DNA of 64,000 nucleotides from Eledone cirrhosa (lineage: Eukaryota): the NCBI GenBank assembly GCA_964016885.1, contig OZ024748.1, positions 12,586,001-12,650,000 on the forward strand, given 5' to 3'. This document shows positions 12,801 to 29,321 of the stretch, piece after piece; the stretch's first letter is position 1; the number at the start of each line of letters is the position of its first letter. The notes below the pieces were generated by a model. That model saw only the letters and a program-made list of their open reading frames with translations. It searched no databases and was not told the origin of the DNA. The position numbers were made by a program, and so were the translations under genes.

Positions 12801-15800
12801 CAGTAAAGTGACCAGTGAAAAAACTTGGTACATCTACATATGTATACGTGTGTGTATTCATATACATACTAGTATTTCAGTATACATATATGGATGTACA
12901 TCTTTAACTTAATTGTTTAAGCGTCAGTCATACAAAAGTGAGTTACAAACGAAACGAAATTTAATTTCGTTTCGTTATTTGTTTTTATCGTCTCCGTTGA
13001 ACCGGTACTTACTCACACTCTATGCAAATTGGTCTGCCCACTACTAATTTTCATAGAAAAAGCATATAACGATATGTGCTTTTACGATTCTCTAGAGAGG
13101 CCGGAAGATAGGTAAATATTGCTGATGAGTTGTAACAACAACGAAACTAGTTCAATATTCCTTGTCTGGCTTTCTGGAGAATAGAGGAAAGGTGTTTCCT
13201 CAAAAACCAGTATGACTCTAAAAACCGGTTTGTCTGTGTGTTTACATACAGAATAGCTGGCCACTCACAGTAAAGTGACCAGTGAAAAAACTTGGTACAT
13301 CTACATATGTATACGTGTGTGTATTCATATACATACTAGTATTTCAGTATACATATATGGATGTACATCTTTAACTTAATTGTTTAAGCGTCAGTCATAC
13401 AAAAGTGAGTTACAAACGAAACGAAATTTAATTTCGTTTCGTTATTTGTTTTTATCGTCTCCGTTGAACCGGTACTTACTCACACTCTATGCAAATTGGT
13501 CTGCCCACTACTAATTTTCATAGAAAAAGCATATAACGATATGTGCTTTTACGATTCTCTAGAGAGGCCGGAAGATAGGTAAATATTGCTGATGAGTTGT
13601 AACAACAACGAAACTAGTTCAATATTCCTTGTCTGGCTTTCTGGAGAATAGAGGAAAGGTGTTTCCTCAAAAACCAGTATGACTCTAAAAACCGGTTTGT
13701 CTGTGTGTTTACATACAGAATAGCTGGCCACTCACAGTAAAGTGACCAGTGAAAAAACTTGGTACATCTACATATGTATACGTGTGTGTATTCATATACA
13801 TACTAGTATTTCAGTATACATATATGGATGTACATCTTTAACTTAATTGTTTAAGCGTCAGTCATACAAAAGTGAGTTACAAACGAAACGAAATTTAATT
13901 TCGTTTCGTTATTTGTTTTTATCGTCTCCGTTGAACCGGTACTTACTCACACTCTATGCAAATTGGTCTGCCCACTACTAATTTTCATAGAAAAAGCATA
14001 TAACGATATGTGCTTTTACGATTCTCTAGAGAGGCCGGAAGATAGGTAAATATTGCTGATGAGTTGTAACAACAACGAAACTAGTTCAATATTCCTTGTC
14101 TGGCTTTCTGGAGAATAGAGGAAAGGTGTTTCCTCAAAAACCAGTATGACTCTAAAAACCGGTTTGTCTGTGTGTTTACATACAGAATAGCTGGCCACTC
14201 ACAGTAAAGTGACCAGTGAAAAAACTTGGTACATCTACATATGTATACGTGTGTGTATTCATATACATACTAGTATTTCAGTATACATATATGGATGTAC
14301 ATCTTTAACTTAATTGTTTAAGCGTCAGTCATACAAAAGTGAGTTACAAACGAAACGAAATTTAATTTCGTTTCGTTATTTGTTTTTATCGTCTCCGTTG
14401 AACCGGTACTTACTCACACTCTATGCAAATTGGTCTGCCCACTACTAATTTTCATAGAAAAAGCATATAACGATATGTGCTTTTACGATTCTCTAGAGAG
14501 GCCGGAAGATAGGTAAATATTGCTGATGAGTTGTAACAACAACGAAACTAGTTCAATATTCCTTGTCTGGCTTTCTGGAGAATAGAGGAAAGGTGTTTCC
14601 TCAAAAACCAGTATGACTCTAAAAACCGGTTTGTCTGTGTGTTTACATACAGAATAGCTGGCCACTCACAGTAAAGTGACCAGTGAAAAAACTTGGTACA
14701 TCTACATATGTATACGTGTGTGTATTCATATACATACTAGTATTTCAGTATACATATATGGATGTACATCTTTAACTTAATTGTTTAAGCGTCAGTCATA
14801 CAAAAGTGAGTTACAAACGAAACGAAATTTAATTTCGTTTCGTTATTTGTTTTTATCGTCTCCGTTGAACCGGTACTTACTCACACTCTATGCAAATTGG
14901 TCTGCCCACTACTAATTTTCATAGAAAAAGCATATAACGATATGTGCTTTTACGATTCTCTAGAGAGGCCGGAAGATAGGTAAATATTGCTGATGAGTTG
15001 TAACAACAACGAAACTAGTTCAATATTCCTTGTCTGGCTTTCTGGAGAATAGAGGAAAGGTGTTTCCTCAAAAACCAGTATGACTCTAAAAACCGGTTTG
15101 TCTGTGTGTTTACATACAGAATAGCTGGCCACTCACAGTAAAGTGACCAGTGAAAAAACTTGGTACATCTACATATGTATACGTGTGTGTATTCATATAC
15201 ATACTAGTATTTCAGTATACATATATGGATGTACATCTTTAACTTAATTGTTTAAGCGTCAGTCATACAAAAGTGAGTTACAAACGAAACGAAATTTAAT
15301 TTCGTTTCGTTATTTGTTTTTATCGTCTCCGTTGAACCGGTACTTACTCACACTCTATGCAAATTGGTCTGCCCACTACTAATTTTCATAGAAAAAGCAT
15401 ATAACGATATGTGCTTTTACGATTCTCTAGAGAGGCCGGAAGATAGGTAAATATTGCTGATGAGTTGTAACAACAACGAAACTAGTTCAATATTCCTTGT
15501 CTGGCTTTCTGGAGAATAGAGGAAAGGTGTTTCCTCAAAAACCAGTATGACTCTAAAAACCGGTTTGTCTGTGTGTTTACATACAGAATAGCTGGCCACT
15601 CACAGTAAAGTGACCAGTGAAAAAACTTGGTACATCTACATATGTATACGTGTGTGTATTCATATACATACTAGTATTTCAGTATACATATATGGATGTA
15701 CATCTTTAACTTAATTGTTTAAGCGTCAGTCATACAAAAGTGAGTTACAAACGAAACGAAATTTAATTTCGTTTCGTTATTTGTTTTTATCGTCTCCGTT

Positions 15801-18800
15801 GAACCGGTACTTACTCACACTCTATGCAAATTGGTCTGCCCACTACTAATTTTCATAGAAAAAGCATATAACGATATGTGCTTTTACGATTCTCTAGAGA
15901 GGCCGGAAGATAGGTAAATATTGCTGATGAGTTGTAACAACAACGAAACTAGTTCAATATTCCTTGTCTGGCTTTCTGGAGAATAGAGGAAAGGTGTTTC
16001 CTCAAAAACCAGTATGACTCTAAAAACCGGTTTGTCTGTGTGTTTACATACAGAATAGCTGGCCACTCACAGTAAAGTGACCAGTGAAAAAACTTGGTAC
16101 ATCTACATATGTATACGTGTGTGTATTCATATACATACTAGTATTTCAGTATACATATATGGATGTACATCTTTAACTTAATTGTTTAAGCGTCAGTCAT
16201 ACAAAAGTGAGTTACAAACGAAACGAAATTTAATTTCGTTTCGTTATTTGTTTTTATCGTCTCCGTTGAACCGGTACTTACTCACACTCTATGCAAATTG
16301 GTCTGCCCACTACTAATTTTCATAGAAAAAGCATATAACGATATGTGCTTTTACGATTCTCTAGAGAGGCCGGAAGATAGGTAAATATTGCTGATGAGTT
16401 GTAACAACAACGAAACTAGTTCAATATTCCTTGTCTGGCTTTCTGGAGAATAGAGGAAAGGTGTTTCCTCAAAAACCAGTATGACTCTAAAAACCGGTTT
16501 GTCTGTGTGTTTACATACAGAATAGCTGGCCACTCACAGTAAAGTGACCAGTGAAAAAACTTGGTACATCTACATATGTATACGTGTGTGTATTCATATA
16601 CATACTAGTATTTCAGTATACATATATGGATGTACATCTTTAACTTAATTGTTTAAGCGTCAGTCATACAAAAGTGAGTTACAAACGAAACGAAATTTAA
16701 TTTCGTTTCGTTATTTGTTTTTATCGTCTCCGTTGAACCGGTACTTACTCACACTCTATGCAAATTGGTCTGCCCACTACTAATTTTCATAGAAAAAGCA
16801 TATAACGATATGTGCTTTTACGATTCTCTAGAGAGGCCGGAAGATAGGTAAATATTGCTGATGAGTTGTAACAACAACGAAACTAGTTCAATATTCCTTG
16901 TCTGGCTTTCTGGAGAATAGAGGAAAGGTGTTTCCTCAAAAACCAGTATGACTCTAAAAACCGGTTTGTCTGTGTGTTTACATACAGAATAGCTGGCCAC
17001 TCACAGTAAAGTGACCAGTGAAAAAACTTGGTACATCTACATATGTATACGTGTGTGTATTCATATACATACTAGTATTTCAGTATACATATATGGATGT
17101 ACATCTTTAACTTAATTGTTTAAGCGTCAGTCATACAAAAGTGAGTTACAAACGAAACGAAATTTAATTTCGTTTCGTTATTTGTTTTTATCGTCTCCGT
17201 TGAACCGGTACTTACTCACACTCTATGCAAATTGGTCTGCCCACTACTAATTTTCATAGAAAAAGCATATAACGATATGTGCTTTTACGATTCTCTAGAG
17301 AGGCCGGAAGATAGGTAAATATTGCTGATGAGTTGTAACAACAACGAAACTAGTTCAATATTCCTTGTCTGGCTTTCTGGAGAATAGAGGAAAGGTGTTT
17401 CCTCAAAAACCAGTATGACTCTAAAAACCGGTTTGTCTGTGTGTTTACATACAGAATAGCTGGCCACTCACAGTAAAGTGACCAGTGAAAAAACTTGGTA
17501 CATCTACATATGTATACGTGTGTGTATTCATATACATACTAGTATTTCAGTATACATATATGGATGTACATCTTTAACTTAATTGTTTAAGCGTCAGTCA
17601 TACAAAAGTGAGTTACAAACGAAACGAAATTTAATTTCGTTTCGTTATTTGTTTTTATCGTCTCCGTTGAACCGGTACTTACTCACACTCTATGCAAATT
17701 GGTCTGCCCACTACTAATTTTCATAGAAAAAGCATATAACGATATGTGCTTTTACGATTCTCTAGAGAGGCCGGAAGATAGGTAAATATTGCTGATGAGT
17801 TGTAACAACAACGAAACTAGTTCAATATTCCTTGTCTGGCTTTCTGGAGAATAGAGGAAAGGTGTTTCCTCAAAAACCAGTATGACTCTAAAAACCGGTT
17901 TGTCTGTGTGTTTACATACAGAATAGCTGGCCACTCACAGTAAAGTGACCAGTGAAAAAACTTGGTACATCTACATATGTATACGTGTGTGTATTCATAT
18001 ACATACTAGTATTTCAGTATACATATATGGATGTACATCTTTAACTTAATTGTTTAAGCGTCAGTCATACAAAAGTGAGTTACAAACGAAACGAAATTTA
18101 ATTTCGTTTCGTTATTTGTTTTTATCGTCTCCGTTGAACCGGTACTTACTCACACTCTATGCAAATTGGTCTGCCCACTACTAATTTTCATAGAAAAAGC
18201 ATATAACGATATGTGCTTTTACGATTCTCTAGAGAGGCCGGAAGATAGGTAAATATTGCTGATGAGTTGTAACAACAACGAAACTAGTTCAATATTCCTT
18301 GTCTGGCTTTCTGGAGAATAGAGGAAAGGTGTTTCCTCAAAAACCAGTATGACTCTAAAAACCGGTTTGTCTGTGTGTTTACATACAGAATAGCTGGCCA
18401 CTCACAGTAAAGTGACCAGTGAAAAAACTTGGTACATCTACATATGTATACGTGTGTGTATTCATATACATACTAGTATTTCAGTATACATATATGGATG
18501 TACATCTTTAACTTAATTGTTTAAGCGTCAGTCATACAAAAGTGAGTTACAAACGAAACGAAATTTAATTTCGTTTCGTTATTTGTTTTTATCGTCTCCG
18601 TTGAACCGGTACTTACTCACACTCTATGCAAATTGGTCTGCCCACTACTAATTTTCATAGAAAAAGCATATAACGATATGTGCTTTTACGATTCTCTAGA
18701 GAGGCCGGAAGATAGGTAAATATTGCTGATGAGTTGTAACAACAACGAAACTAGTTCAATATTCCTTGTCTGGCTTTCTGGAGAATAGAGGAAAGGTGTT

Positions 18801-19452
18801 TCCTCAAAAACCAGTATGACTCTAAAAACCGGTTTGTCTGTGTGTTTACATACAGAATAGCTGGCCACTCACAGTAAAGTGACCAGTGAAAAAACTTGGT
18901 ACATCTACATATGTATACGTGTGTGTATTCATATACATACTAGTATTTCAGTATACATATATGGATGTACATCTTTAACTTAATTGTTTAAGCGTCAGTC
19001 ATACAAAAGTGAGTTACAAACGAAACGAAATTTAATTTCGTTTCGTTATTTGTTTTTATCGTCTCCGTTGAACCGGTACTTACTCACACTCTATGCAAAT
19101 TGGTCTGCCCACTACTAATTTTCATAGAAAAAGCATATAACGATATGTGCTTTTACGATTCTCTAGAGAGGCCGGAAGATAGGTAAATATTGCTGATGAG
19201 TTGTAACAACAACGAAACTAGTTCAATATTCCTTGTCTGGCTTTCTGGAGAATAGAGGAAAGGTGTTTCCTCAAAAACCAGTATGACTCTAAAAACCGGT
19301 TTGTCTGTGTGTTTACATACAGAATAGCTGGCCACTCACAGTAAAGTGACCAGTGAAAAAACTTGGTACATCTACATATGTATACGTGTGTGTATTCATA
19401 TACATACTAGTATTTCAGTATACATATATGGATGTACATCTTTAACTTAATT

Positions 19453-19642
<190 letters not shown>

Positions 19643-21327
19643 CGGACGGACACACACACACACACTTTGTAAAAAGTAAACAGAAACAACTAACCATACG
19701 ACACAGTACAATGAAGAAATATATTAGTTTAAGAAATGTTCCGCATCATCGGTACTATGGATCGATAAATCGATTCCAGTCTAAAGCAGTTGAGTTTAGG
19801 ACGTTAATTTAATAGTTTTAACTTCTAGCTCTCTAAATTTTATCAGAAATAAGGAGTTGAAATTTTAAGAACTGCGAAGAAAACTTCGTTAAAATCCATT
19901 ATGTAAAACCAAAATATGAGCTAAGTAGAGAGAGTAAGTTAAATGATCTTATTATCTATATTATCTATATTTAAAATTGTTGGACTTGTGTCTAAATCAG
20001 AAACCATTATAGGAGTGACTGATCTGGACTTTTCAAGGGTTAAATAACAAAGTAACAACAACAGCTATCAAAACAACACTAACAATAACAACAACAGCAT
20101 TAACAACAGCAGTAACAACAACAGCTATCACATTAACAATAACAACAACAGCAGTAACAACAACGGCAAAGGTACTAGCAACAATAACAACTGTTAAAAA
20201 ATAGAAAATTTAATAATAGCTATATACAGGTAAGATGATAACTGTACAACGCTATATTGATATTATATAAGTAATCACCTTTAGCATAGATGACGTCATC
20301 ATTGGTTACTAGGCAACGGCGAGACTTGAAACAAGAGAGAATATCCTGCGAGAGGACGTGCGTGTGATATTCTTGTCTAGAATTCTTGTTTAAAATGCTT
20401 TTTATCTTTGAGATAGAGAGGAAACGCGTTGAAACTTTTTTTATTCTACTCACCTGTTTTCTTTCCCTCCCCTCCCCCTCTATCTCCCCCTCTCCATCCC
20501 TCTGTGTGTGTATGGGTGTATGTGTGTGTGAGTGTGTGTGTGTGCGTGCGTCTGTGTGTGTACGTATGTGTGTTGTTGTTGTTACAGAGCTAGATTTGAA
20601 TTATAGCTGCAATTGTGAGTTTCTTAAGTTATATGTATGCATGTATATATATGCATGTATGAATGTATGTATGTATGTATGTATGCATGTATGTATGTAT
20701 GTACGTGTGCACCTATGTACGTATGTATGTATGGAAGAAGAAGAAGAAGAAGAAGAAGAAGAAGAAGAAGAAGAAGAAGAAGAAGAAGAAGAAGAAGAAG
20801 AAGAAGAAGAAGAAGAAGAAGAAGAAATAGATAAATAAATTGGTTGTATTCAGGCCTGGAGAATGATGGTTCACAATGCTCACAACCACCGTATGTCACG
20901 ATCACGATGGCGCCCCTACGATTTTCCACCAGAGATTGCGATCCTCAAGAAAGGGGCGAAGGAAATATCAAGGCTCACATAGTAACTAGGAAGGACTAGT
21001 CTAAATAATATGTACTTTTTTTTTTATATCCCAAGACTGTAGAGTTTGATTTGAGGCGAGTTTAGCTACTACTTCTAGCGAATCGTACAACAGCATAAAT
21101 CCTCTCATTGGTTGGTCAATTAGTTACCTGTACAATGAGAGATGTACAATGTGGGAATATGGGAATACATGGAATATAAAAAAGAACACCAGGAATCAAC
21201 GAACAGAACAAGAAATGAGCAAAGATAGAAAAAATGTCTGATATATAAAATCTATATAGACAAACCAGCGGAATAAACAATACATGTGTAAATATAAACA
21301 GCATATATATATATGTATATATATCTT

Positions 21328-21513
<186 letters not shown>

Positions 21514-21523
21514 TATATATATG

Positions 21524-21555
<32 letters not shown>

Positions 21556-21806
21556 CGTATATATATATGTATATATTTATATGCATGTGTGTATATTTAT
21601 ATTATGCGTGTATATATGTGTGTATTGGTAAACAAGGAACTAAATGGATGATATACTTATAAACTAAATTGATTTTCAAGTGTCTCATATAAAATGTTTG
21701 GCCGGAGGGTGCTTCGAGAACATTCCTAGTTTGTTATATATACACACAGACAGACATATATATATATACATACATATAGACATAGATATATATGTACACA
21801 CAGACA

Positions 21807-21854
<48 letters not shown>

Positions 21855-21921
21855 GACAGACATATATATATATATATATATATACATACAGACAGACATA
21901 TATATACACACACAAACAGAC

Positions 21922-21952
<31 letters not shown>

Positions 21953-21958
21953 CAGACT

Positions 21959-22002
<44 letters not shown>

Positions 22003-22337
22003 CATACAGACATAGATATATATACATACATATATATACACGTACATATATGGATATATTCATACATATATACATACTTAGACATATATACATACATGCA
22101 AATGTACATACATACATACATACATACATACATACAGACAGACACATACAGAGGCGTACGTACCTATATATGTACACGCATACATAAACAGATACATTGT
22201 ACAAACACATACATACATACAAAAGGACATACAGCATTCATACATATATACATACCTACATATATACATACCTATATATTCATTTATATATGCTACATGC
22301 TATATGTATATATGTATCTCTCTCTATATATATATAT

Positions 22338-22396
<59 letters not shown>

Positions 22397-22414
22397 ATTT
22401 ATATATATATATAG

Positions 22415-22483
<69 letters not shown>

Positions 22484-22526
22484 CTCTCTCTCTATATATA
22501 TATATATATGTACATACATATATGTA

Positions 22527-22690
<164 letters not shown>

Positions 22691-22816
22691 ATAGAGTGAA
22701 GCAATTTCAGCAAGCCCAACTGGCTTAGTTACAGTTATAGCAACGGAGTTTTAGTTAAAAGTTCTAGGGTGATTCACTAATGGTGGCTATTACTGGTAAT
22801 TCGATAGAGAGTAGAT

Positions 22817-23920
22817 TGGTGGTGGTGGTGGTAGTGGTGGTGGTGGTGGTGGTGGTGGTGGTGGTGGTGGTAGTGGCGTTGGTGGTGGTGGTGGTGGTGG
22901 TGGTGGTAGTGGTGGTGGTGGTGGTGGTGGTGGTAGTGGTGGTGGTGGTGGTGGTGGTGGTGGTGGTAGTGGCGGTGGTGGTGGTGGTGGTGGTGGTGGT
23001 GGTAGTGGCGGTGGTGGTGGTGGTGGTGGTGGTGGTGGTGGTGGTGGTGGTGGTAGTGGCGGTGGTGGTGGTGGTATTGGCGGTATCATTGATGGTGGTG
23101 GCCGTGGTGGTGTTGGTGGTAGTAGTGGTGGCGGTGGTGGAGGCGGTGGTGGAGGCGGTGGTGATGGTATTGGCGGTATCATTGATGGTGGTGGTGGTGT
23201 GTTGTGGTAGTGGAGGTGGTGGTGGTTCTGGTGGTGGTGGTGGTTGTGGTGGTAGTAAGTATTGTTGTTGTTGGTGATGATGGAGGCATCAATGATGGTG
23301 GTGGTATCGTTGGTGGTGGTGTCATTGGTGGTGGTGGTGGTGGTGATGGTGTTGGTGATAGTAGATTGGTAACCGTGATGGTGGTGGTGTTGGTGGTACT
23401 ATTGATGGTCGTGGTGGTGTTGATGGTGGTGGTGTTTGTGATGATGGTGTTGATGGTGGTGATGGTGGTGTTGATGGTGTTGATGGTGTTGATGGTGGTG
23501 TTGGTGGTGTTGATGGTGATGATGGTGTTGATGGTGGTGTTCATGGTGATGATGGTGATGATGGTGGTGTTGGTGGTGTTCATGGTGATGATGATGATGA
23601 TAGTGGTGTTGGTGGTGTTGATGGTGGTGATGATGGTGTTGATGGTGGTGTTGGAGGTGTTGATGGTGATGATGGTGTTGATGGTGGTGTTGGTGGTGTT
23701 GATGGTGATGATGGTGTTGATGGTGGTGTTGGTGGTGTTGATGGTGATGATGGTGTTGATGGTGGTGTTGGTGGTGGTGTTGGTGGTGTTGATGGTATGA
23801 TGGTGTTGATGGTGGTGTTGGTGGTGTTGATGGTGTTGATGGTGGTGTTGATGGTGATGATGGTGTTGATGATGGTGTTGATGGTGTTGGTGGTGTTGAT
23901 GGTGTTGGTGGTGTTGATTG
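22817..23920. repeat. (GGT)n/(GAT,GTT,GGT)n trinucleotide block
   Basis: Seen directly. Confidence 0.95.
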
Positions 23921-24053
23921 TCGAAAGATGAGGAGAGATAGATGGTGAAATAGAAAGCGAATTGAAGCAATGGAAAATACTTGAAGGAGAGGGGGGGGGA
24001 GGTTCTGTGCCTAGAATGAGGCTATTCGTGTCTTTCGTTGTATATATATATAT

Positions 24054-24102
<49 letters not shown>

Positions 24103-24117
24103 TGTATATGCATACAA

Positions 24118-24151
<34 letters not shown>

Positions 24152-24351
24152 TGTATATATATTTGTTTATTTTTTTTTCTATCTATATACATTTTTTTCG
24201 TATTATTTATTGGGAATTTGCGCATGTATCAAGACGGACGGTAGTAAGTATGTGATGCTTGTGGGCATCCATAACAAGTGTTATCTAGTATTGCAATGAC
24301 CGTCACACATCGCATCAGTAGTGAAGGGTGGATGGGGAGTAAGTGGGACAT

Positions 24352-24842
24352 GAGGGAGGAGGAGGAGGAAGAGAAGAAGATAAAGGAGGAAAAAAGAAAG
24401 AAGAAGGTAAAGAAGAAGAAGCAGAAGAAGAAGAAGAAGAAGAAGAAGAAGAAGAAGAAGAAGAAGAAGAAGAAGAAGAAGAAGAAGAAGAAGAAGAAGA
24501 AGAAGCAGAAGAAGAAGAAGAAGAAGAAGAAGAAGAAGAAGAAGAAGAAGAAAAGTAGGAGCTGATGATGATGATGAAGAAGAAGAGAAAAAAGAGTAGA
24601 AGAAAAAAAAGGGGAAGAAAAAGAAGAAAGAGTAGAAGAAAAAAGAAGGGGGGAAAAAAAAGAAGAAGAAGAAGAAGAAGAAGAAGAAGAAGAAGAAGAA
24701 GAAGAAGAAGAAGAAGAAGAAGAAGAAGAAGAAGAAGAAGAAGAAGGATCAGGAGAAGAAGAAAAAGAGGAAGAAGAAGGAAAAGGAGAGGAAGATGAAG
24801 ACGAAGGAGGAAAGAAAGAAAGAAAGAAAGAAAGAAAGAAAA
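24352..24842. repeat. (GAA)n/polypurine block
   Basis: Seen directly. Confidence 0.95.
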
Positions 24843-25199
24843 AACTGTACACCCAATTGGAGTAACATATAGATCTGAATGAAAACATTTTTTGGTTATC
24901 GGTGAGTAAAATCGAATGAGATCAAATATATTTATATAATTGTATTTAATTTTATTGAACCAATTAAAAATGAAATTTAAGTGAATTTGGCTTTTGAACG
25001 AGAATTTGTAATGGCCACCAATGATGCTCACATCTACACAGCTAAGGTATTTAGCTGGTGTTGTTTTTGTTGGTATTACTGTTGTTGCTGTTGTTTATAT
25101 AGATGTGGTCGTTGATATTGTTGAAATTGTTGCTGCTGCTGTCTATAAAGGTCACCCGTGCTCCTACAATAGTTCATTTCGTCTTCCTTTTCGCTCACT

Positions 25200-25470
25200 T
25201 ACTCCTGAAAGTGTCATGGGGTCAGACTCCCCAGACACTCCTTCCAGTGGGTCCTGTCAGAAGCAACCTTTTGTAACTGATCCAATTGAATCCCCAAACG
25301 AATCCAGCTGAGCTTATGCATCTCATCCAACCACCTTTCTCTGTGTCTACCTCTGGGTCCCCTGCTGGTTGGACTTAACCATAAGATCGGTCCATCGATT
25401 TTTTCTTGAGAAATTCTAACCACATACTCGTAATATCAGAGCCGTGGTTACTCATTTCGGAGATGTAGCA
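25200..25470 (-). mobile_element. RTE-like LINE 3' fragment (degenerate)
   Basis: Translation RGPRGRHRERWLDE...DRTHWKECL resembles the GRPxxRWxD...DRxxW C-terminus of RTE ORFs; related copy at 62100. Confidence 0.65.
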
Positions 25471-25878
25471 CCTTTACCCGGAGTAACTCTCTGATCTCCG
25501 AGCTACGCACTCTATCGAGTAACTAACTGTATATAACCGTAAAAATACGGTTCATTCTAATCTGAGAAATACTACAGCAATTTCAAATCACATTTTGAAA
25601 TTAAGAAACAAAGAATCGCATCAAAACAAACACAGACATTTCAAAACGGATCAGAGTACTGCCACCTCTGTTTATCATACAACACACATCACATAGGTTG
25701 CCATCAGAGCCCTCTCCTTCTAATACATTACTAACAAACATCGACAAACTACATCACTTACACTGGTTAAATCTATATCATTCCTCTTCCAGATAGATTG
25801 CTAATATGTTCAGTGGATCGAAAGAAACCGTGGTTATGTTGTAATGAGTGTTTCACATAAATTAATACATACACACAT

Positions 25879-25925
<47 letters not shown>

Positions 25926-25938
25926 TATATATATAAAT

Positions 25939-26013
<75 letters not shown>

Positions 26014-26266
26014 AAGATGAGGAGAGGGATATAAGAAGAGAAATTGTGTGTGTTGAAGATGAAGGAAAGAATAACACGGAGCCAAAGCAATGTACACATC
26101 ATCAGCATCATCATCATCAACAACAACATCAACAATAACAACAAGAACAACAACAAAAAAACATGTCAGTTCCAAATAAAAAAAAAAAGGAAACTACTGT
26201 AATTATATATCTAAACTTTTCCAACACATTTCCAAACCGTCTGGGAGCCATGAAAGCTAAAACTTT

Positions 26267-26283
26267 GCTGCCCTCTAGCGGAC
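26267..26283 (-). promoter_or_regulatory. CTCF-like motif
   Basis: Minus strand GTCCGCTAGAGGGCAGC matches the CCRSNAGRKGGCRS consensus; motif match only. Confidence 0.35.
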
Positions 26284-26450
26284 TTTCAGAGTAAATCTAA
26301 AATGGGAAGACAACTCTTTTCTTCTAATTTTCTTCCCATCATCTAACACAGACATCCAGATCGTTATTTGTTTCACTCTCTGTCTCGCTCCGTCTCTCTC
26401 TCTGTCTGTCTCTCTCTCTGTCTCTTCCTCTGCCTATATATATATATATA

Positions 26451-26526
<76 letters not shown>

Positions 26527-26550
26527 TGTATATATATATATATATATATA

Positions 26551-26792
<242 letters not shown>

Positions 26793-27309
26793 TATTCATA
26801 TATATATATATGTATATATGTATATATATATGTATATATATATGTATGTATATTTATATATATATATATCTTTGTCTATCTCTCTTTCCTTCTGTCTTTC
26901 TGTGTCTGTCTGTCTGTTTCTCTCTCTCTCCTCTCTCTCTCTCCCTCTCTCCTTCTCCCTCTCTGTCTATCATTCTCTCTCTCTCTCTATCTTCCACTGT
27001 CTCATCTCTTGTGAACGACAAATCTTATGTTTTTAACTGAAACACCTCTAAATAACAACAGCAACAACAACAACAACAACAGCAACATCATCAGCATCAA
27101 CAACATCATCAGCACCAACAACAACATCAGCACCAACAACAACATCAGTAGCAACATCAGCAAAACAGCAACAACCATAGCAACAAAACAATAGCAAAAA
27201 CAAACATTATCATTAAAAAATGTATTGAAATATTCGATTCTCTACGTTTGCCTCCAGAGAGATTTTATTGGTCACCCACTCCTTCCTCTCTTCTACTCTC
27301 TCTACCCCC

Positions 27310-27379
<70 letters not shown>

Positions 27380-27432
27380 AATATATATATACATATATAT
27401 ATATACATATATAAATATATATATATGTATAC

Positions 27433-27979
<547 letters not shown>

Positions 27980-27983
<4 letters not shown>

Positions 27984-28254
27984 TATGCATGTATACGTAC
28001 ATACATATATGTATACAGGCGTACAGTAGCATGCACATATATATATATATATACATATATACATACATGTGCATACAGGTACACATACATATATGCACGT
28101 ATCAGTTTAGCGGCGCCAACGTCGCTTTGTTCGTTTGTAAACAAACTGAACAGCCTGAATTTATGCCATACGGTGTTAAGGCAACCACGTCACCTTTTTG
28201 TTCAACACTGACACAGGAACGATGTACTAGTTTCAAGCTTGTTAGCTATCATCA
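27980..28254 (-). mobile_element. Inverted partial unit of array B
   Basis: Reverse complement of the unit from TGATGA (HHR core) to CATGCATACTTA; left end joins (TA)n; TCA microhomology at 28252-28254. Confidence 0.9.
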
Positions 28255-28336
28255 CTCAATATGCAAATTAGGCTGCTCAGCCGTTAATTTTCATAAGGAA
28301 AGTATATACTTTCGAACGTTCAACTATCTGGCAGAT

Positions 28337-28389
28337 GGGTAAACGGTGCTGATGATAGCTAACAAGCTTGAAACTAGTACATCGTTCCT
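28337..28389 (+). ncRNA. Type I hammerhead ribozyme (array B unit 1)
   Basis: GGG-TA-AACGGTG / CTGATGA / T-AGCT-AACA-AGCT-T / GAAA / C-TA-G / TA^ / CATCGTT-CCT; predicted cleavage after GUA at 28379; U-U mismatch at 10.1/11.1. Confidence 0.85.
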
Positions 28390-28802
28390 GTGTCAGTGTT
28401 GAACAAAAAGGTGACGTGGTTGCCTTAACACCGTATGGCATAAATTCAGGCTGTTCAGTTTGTTTACAAACGAACAAAGCGACGTTGGCGCCGCTAAACT
28501 GATACGTGCATATATGTATGTGTACCTGTATGCACATGTATGTATATATGTATATATATATATATATGTGCATGCTACTGTACGCCTGTATACATATATG
28601 TATGTACGTATACATGCATACTTACATTTAAGTAAGTGCCATACTAAGAGTGAGAAATGAAATTTCATTTTCATTTTGTTTCAATTTATCGTTTTCGGTA
28701 TGCCTGACCGATTTAACTCACTCAATATGCAAATTAGGCTGCTCAGCCGTTAATTTTCATAAGGAAAGTATATACTTTCGAACGTTCAACTATCTGGCAG
28801 AT

Positions 28803-28855
28803 GGGTAAACGGTGCTGATGATAGCTAACAAGCTTGAAACTAGTACATCGTTCCT
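28803..28855 (+). ncRNA. Type I hammerhead ribozyme (array B unit 2)
   Basis: Same sequence as 28337-28389, shifted +466. Confidence 0.85.
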
Positions 28856-29268
28856 GTGTCAGTGTTGAACAAAAAGGTGACGTGGTTGCCTTAACACCGT
28901 ATGGCATAAATTCAGGCTGTTCAGTTTGTTTACAAACGAACAAAGCGACGTTGGCGCCGCTAAACTGATACGTGCATATATGTATGTGTACCTGTATGCA
29001 CATGTATGTATATATGTATATATATATATATATGTGCATGCTACTGTACGCCTGTATACATATATGTATGTACGTATACATGCATACTTACATTTAAGTA
29101 AGTGCCATACTAAGAGTGAGAAATGAAATTTCATTTTCATTTTGTTTCAATTCATCGTTTTCGGTATGCCTGACCGATTTAACTCACTCAATATGCAAAT
29201 TAGGCTGCTCAGCCGTTAATTTTCATAAGGAAAGTATATACTTTCGAACGTTCAACTATCTGGCAGAT

Positions 29269-29321
29269 GGGTAAACGGTGCTGATGATAGCTAACAAGCT
29301 TGAAACTAGTACATCGTTCCT
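29269..29321 (+). ncRNA. Type I hammerhead ribozyme (array B unit 3)
   Basis: Same sequence as 28337-28389, shifted +932. Confidence 0.85.
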
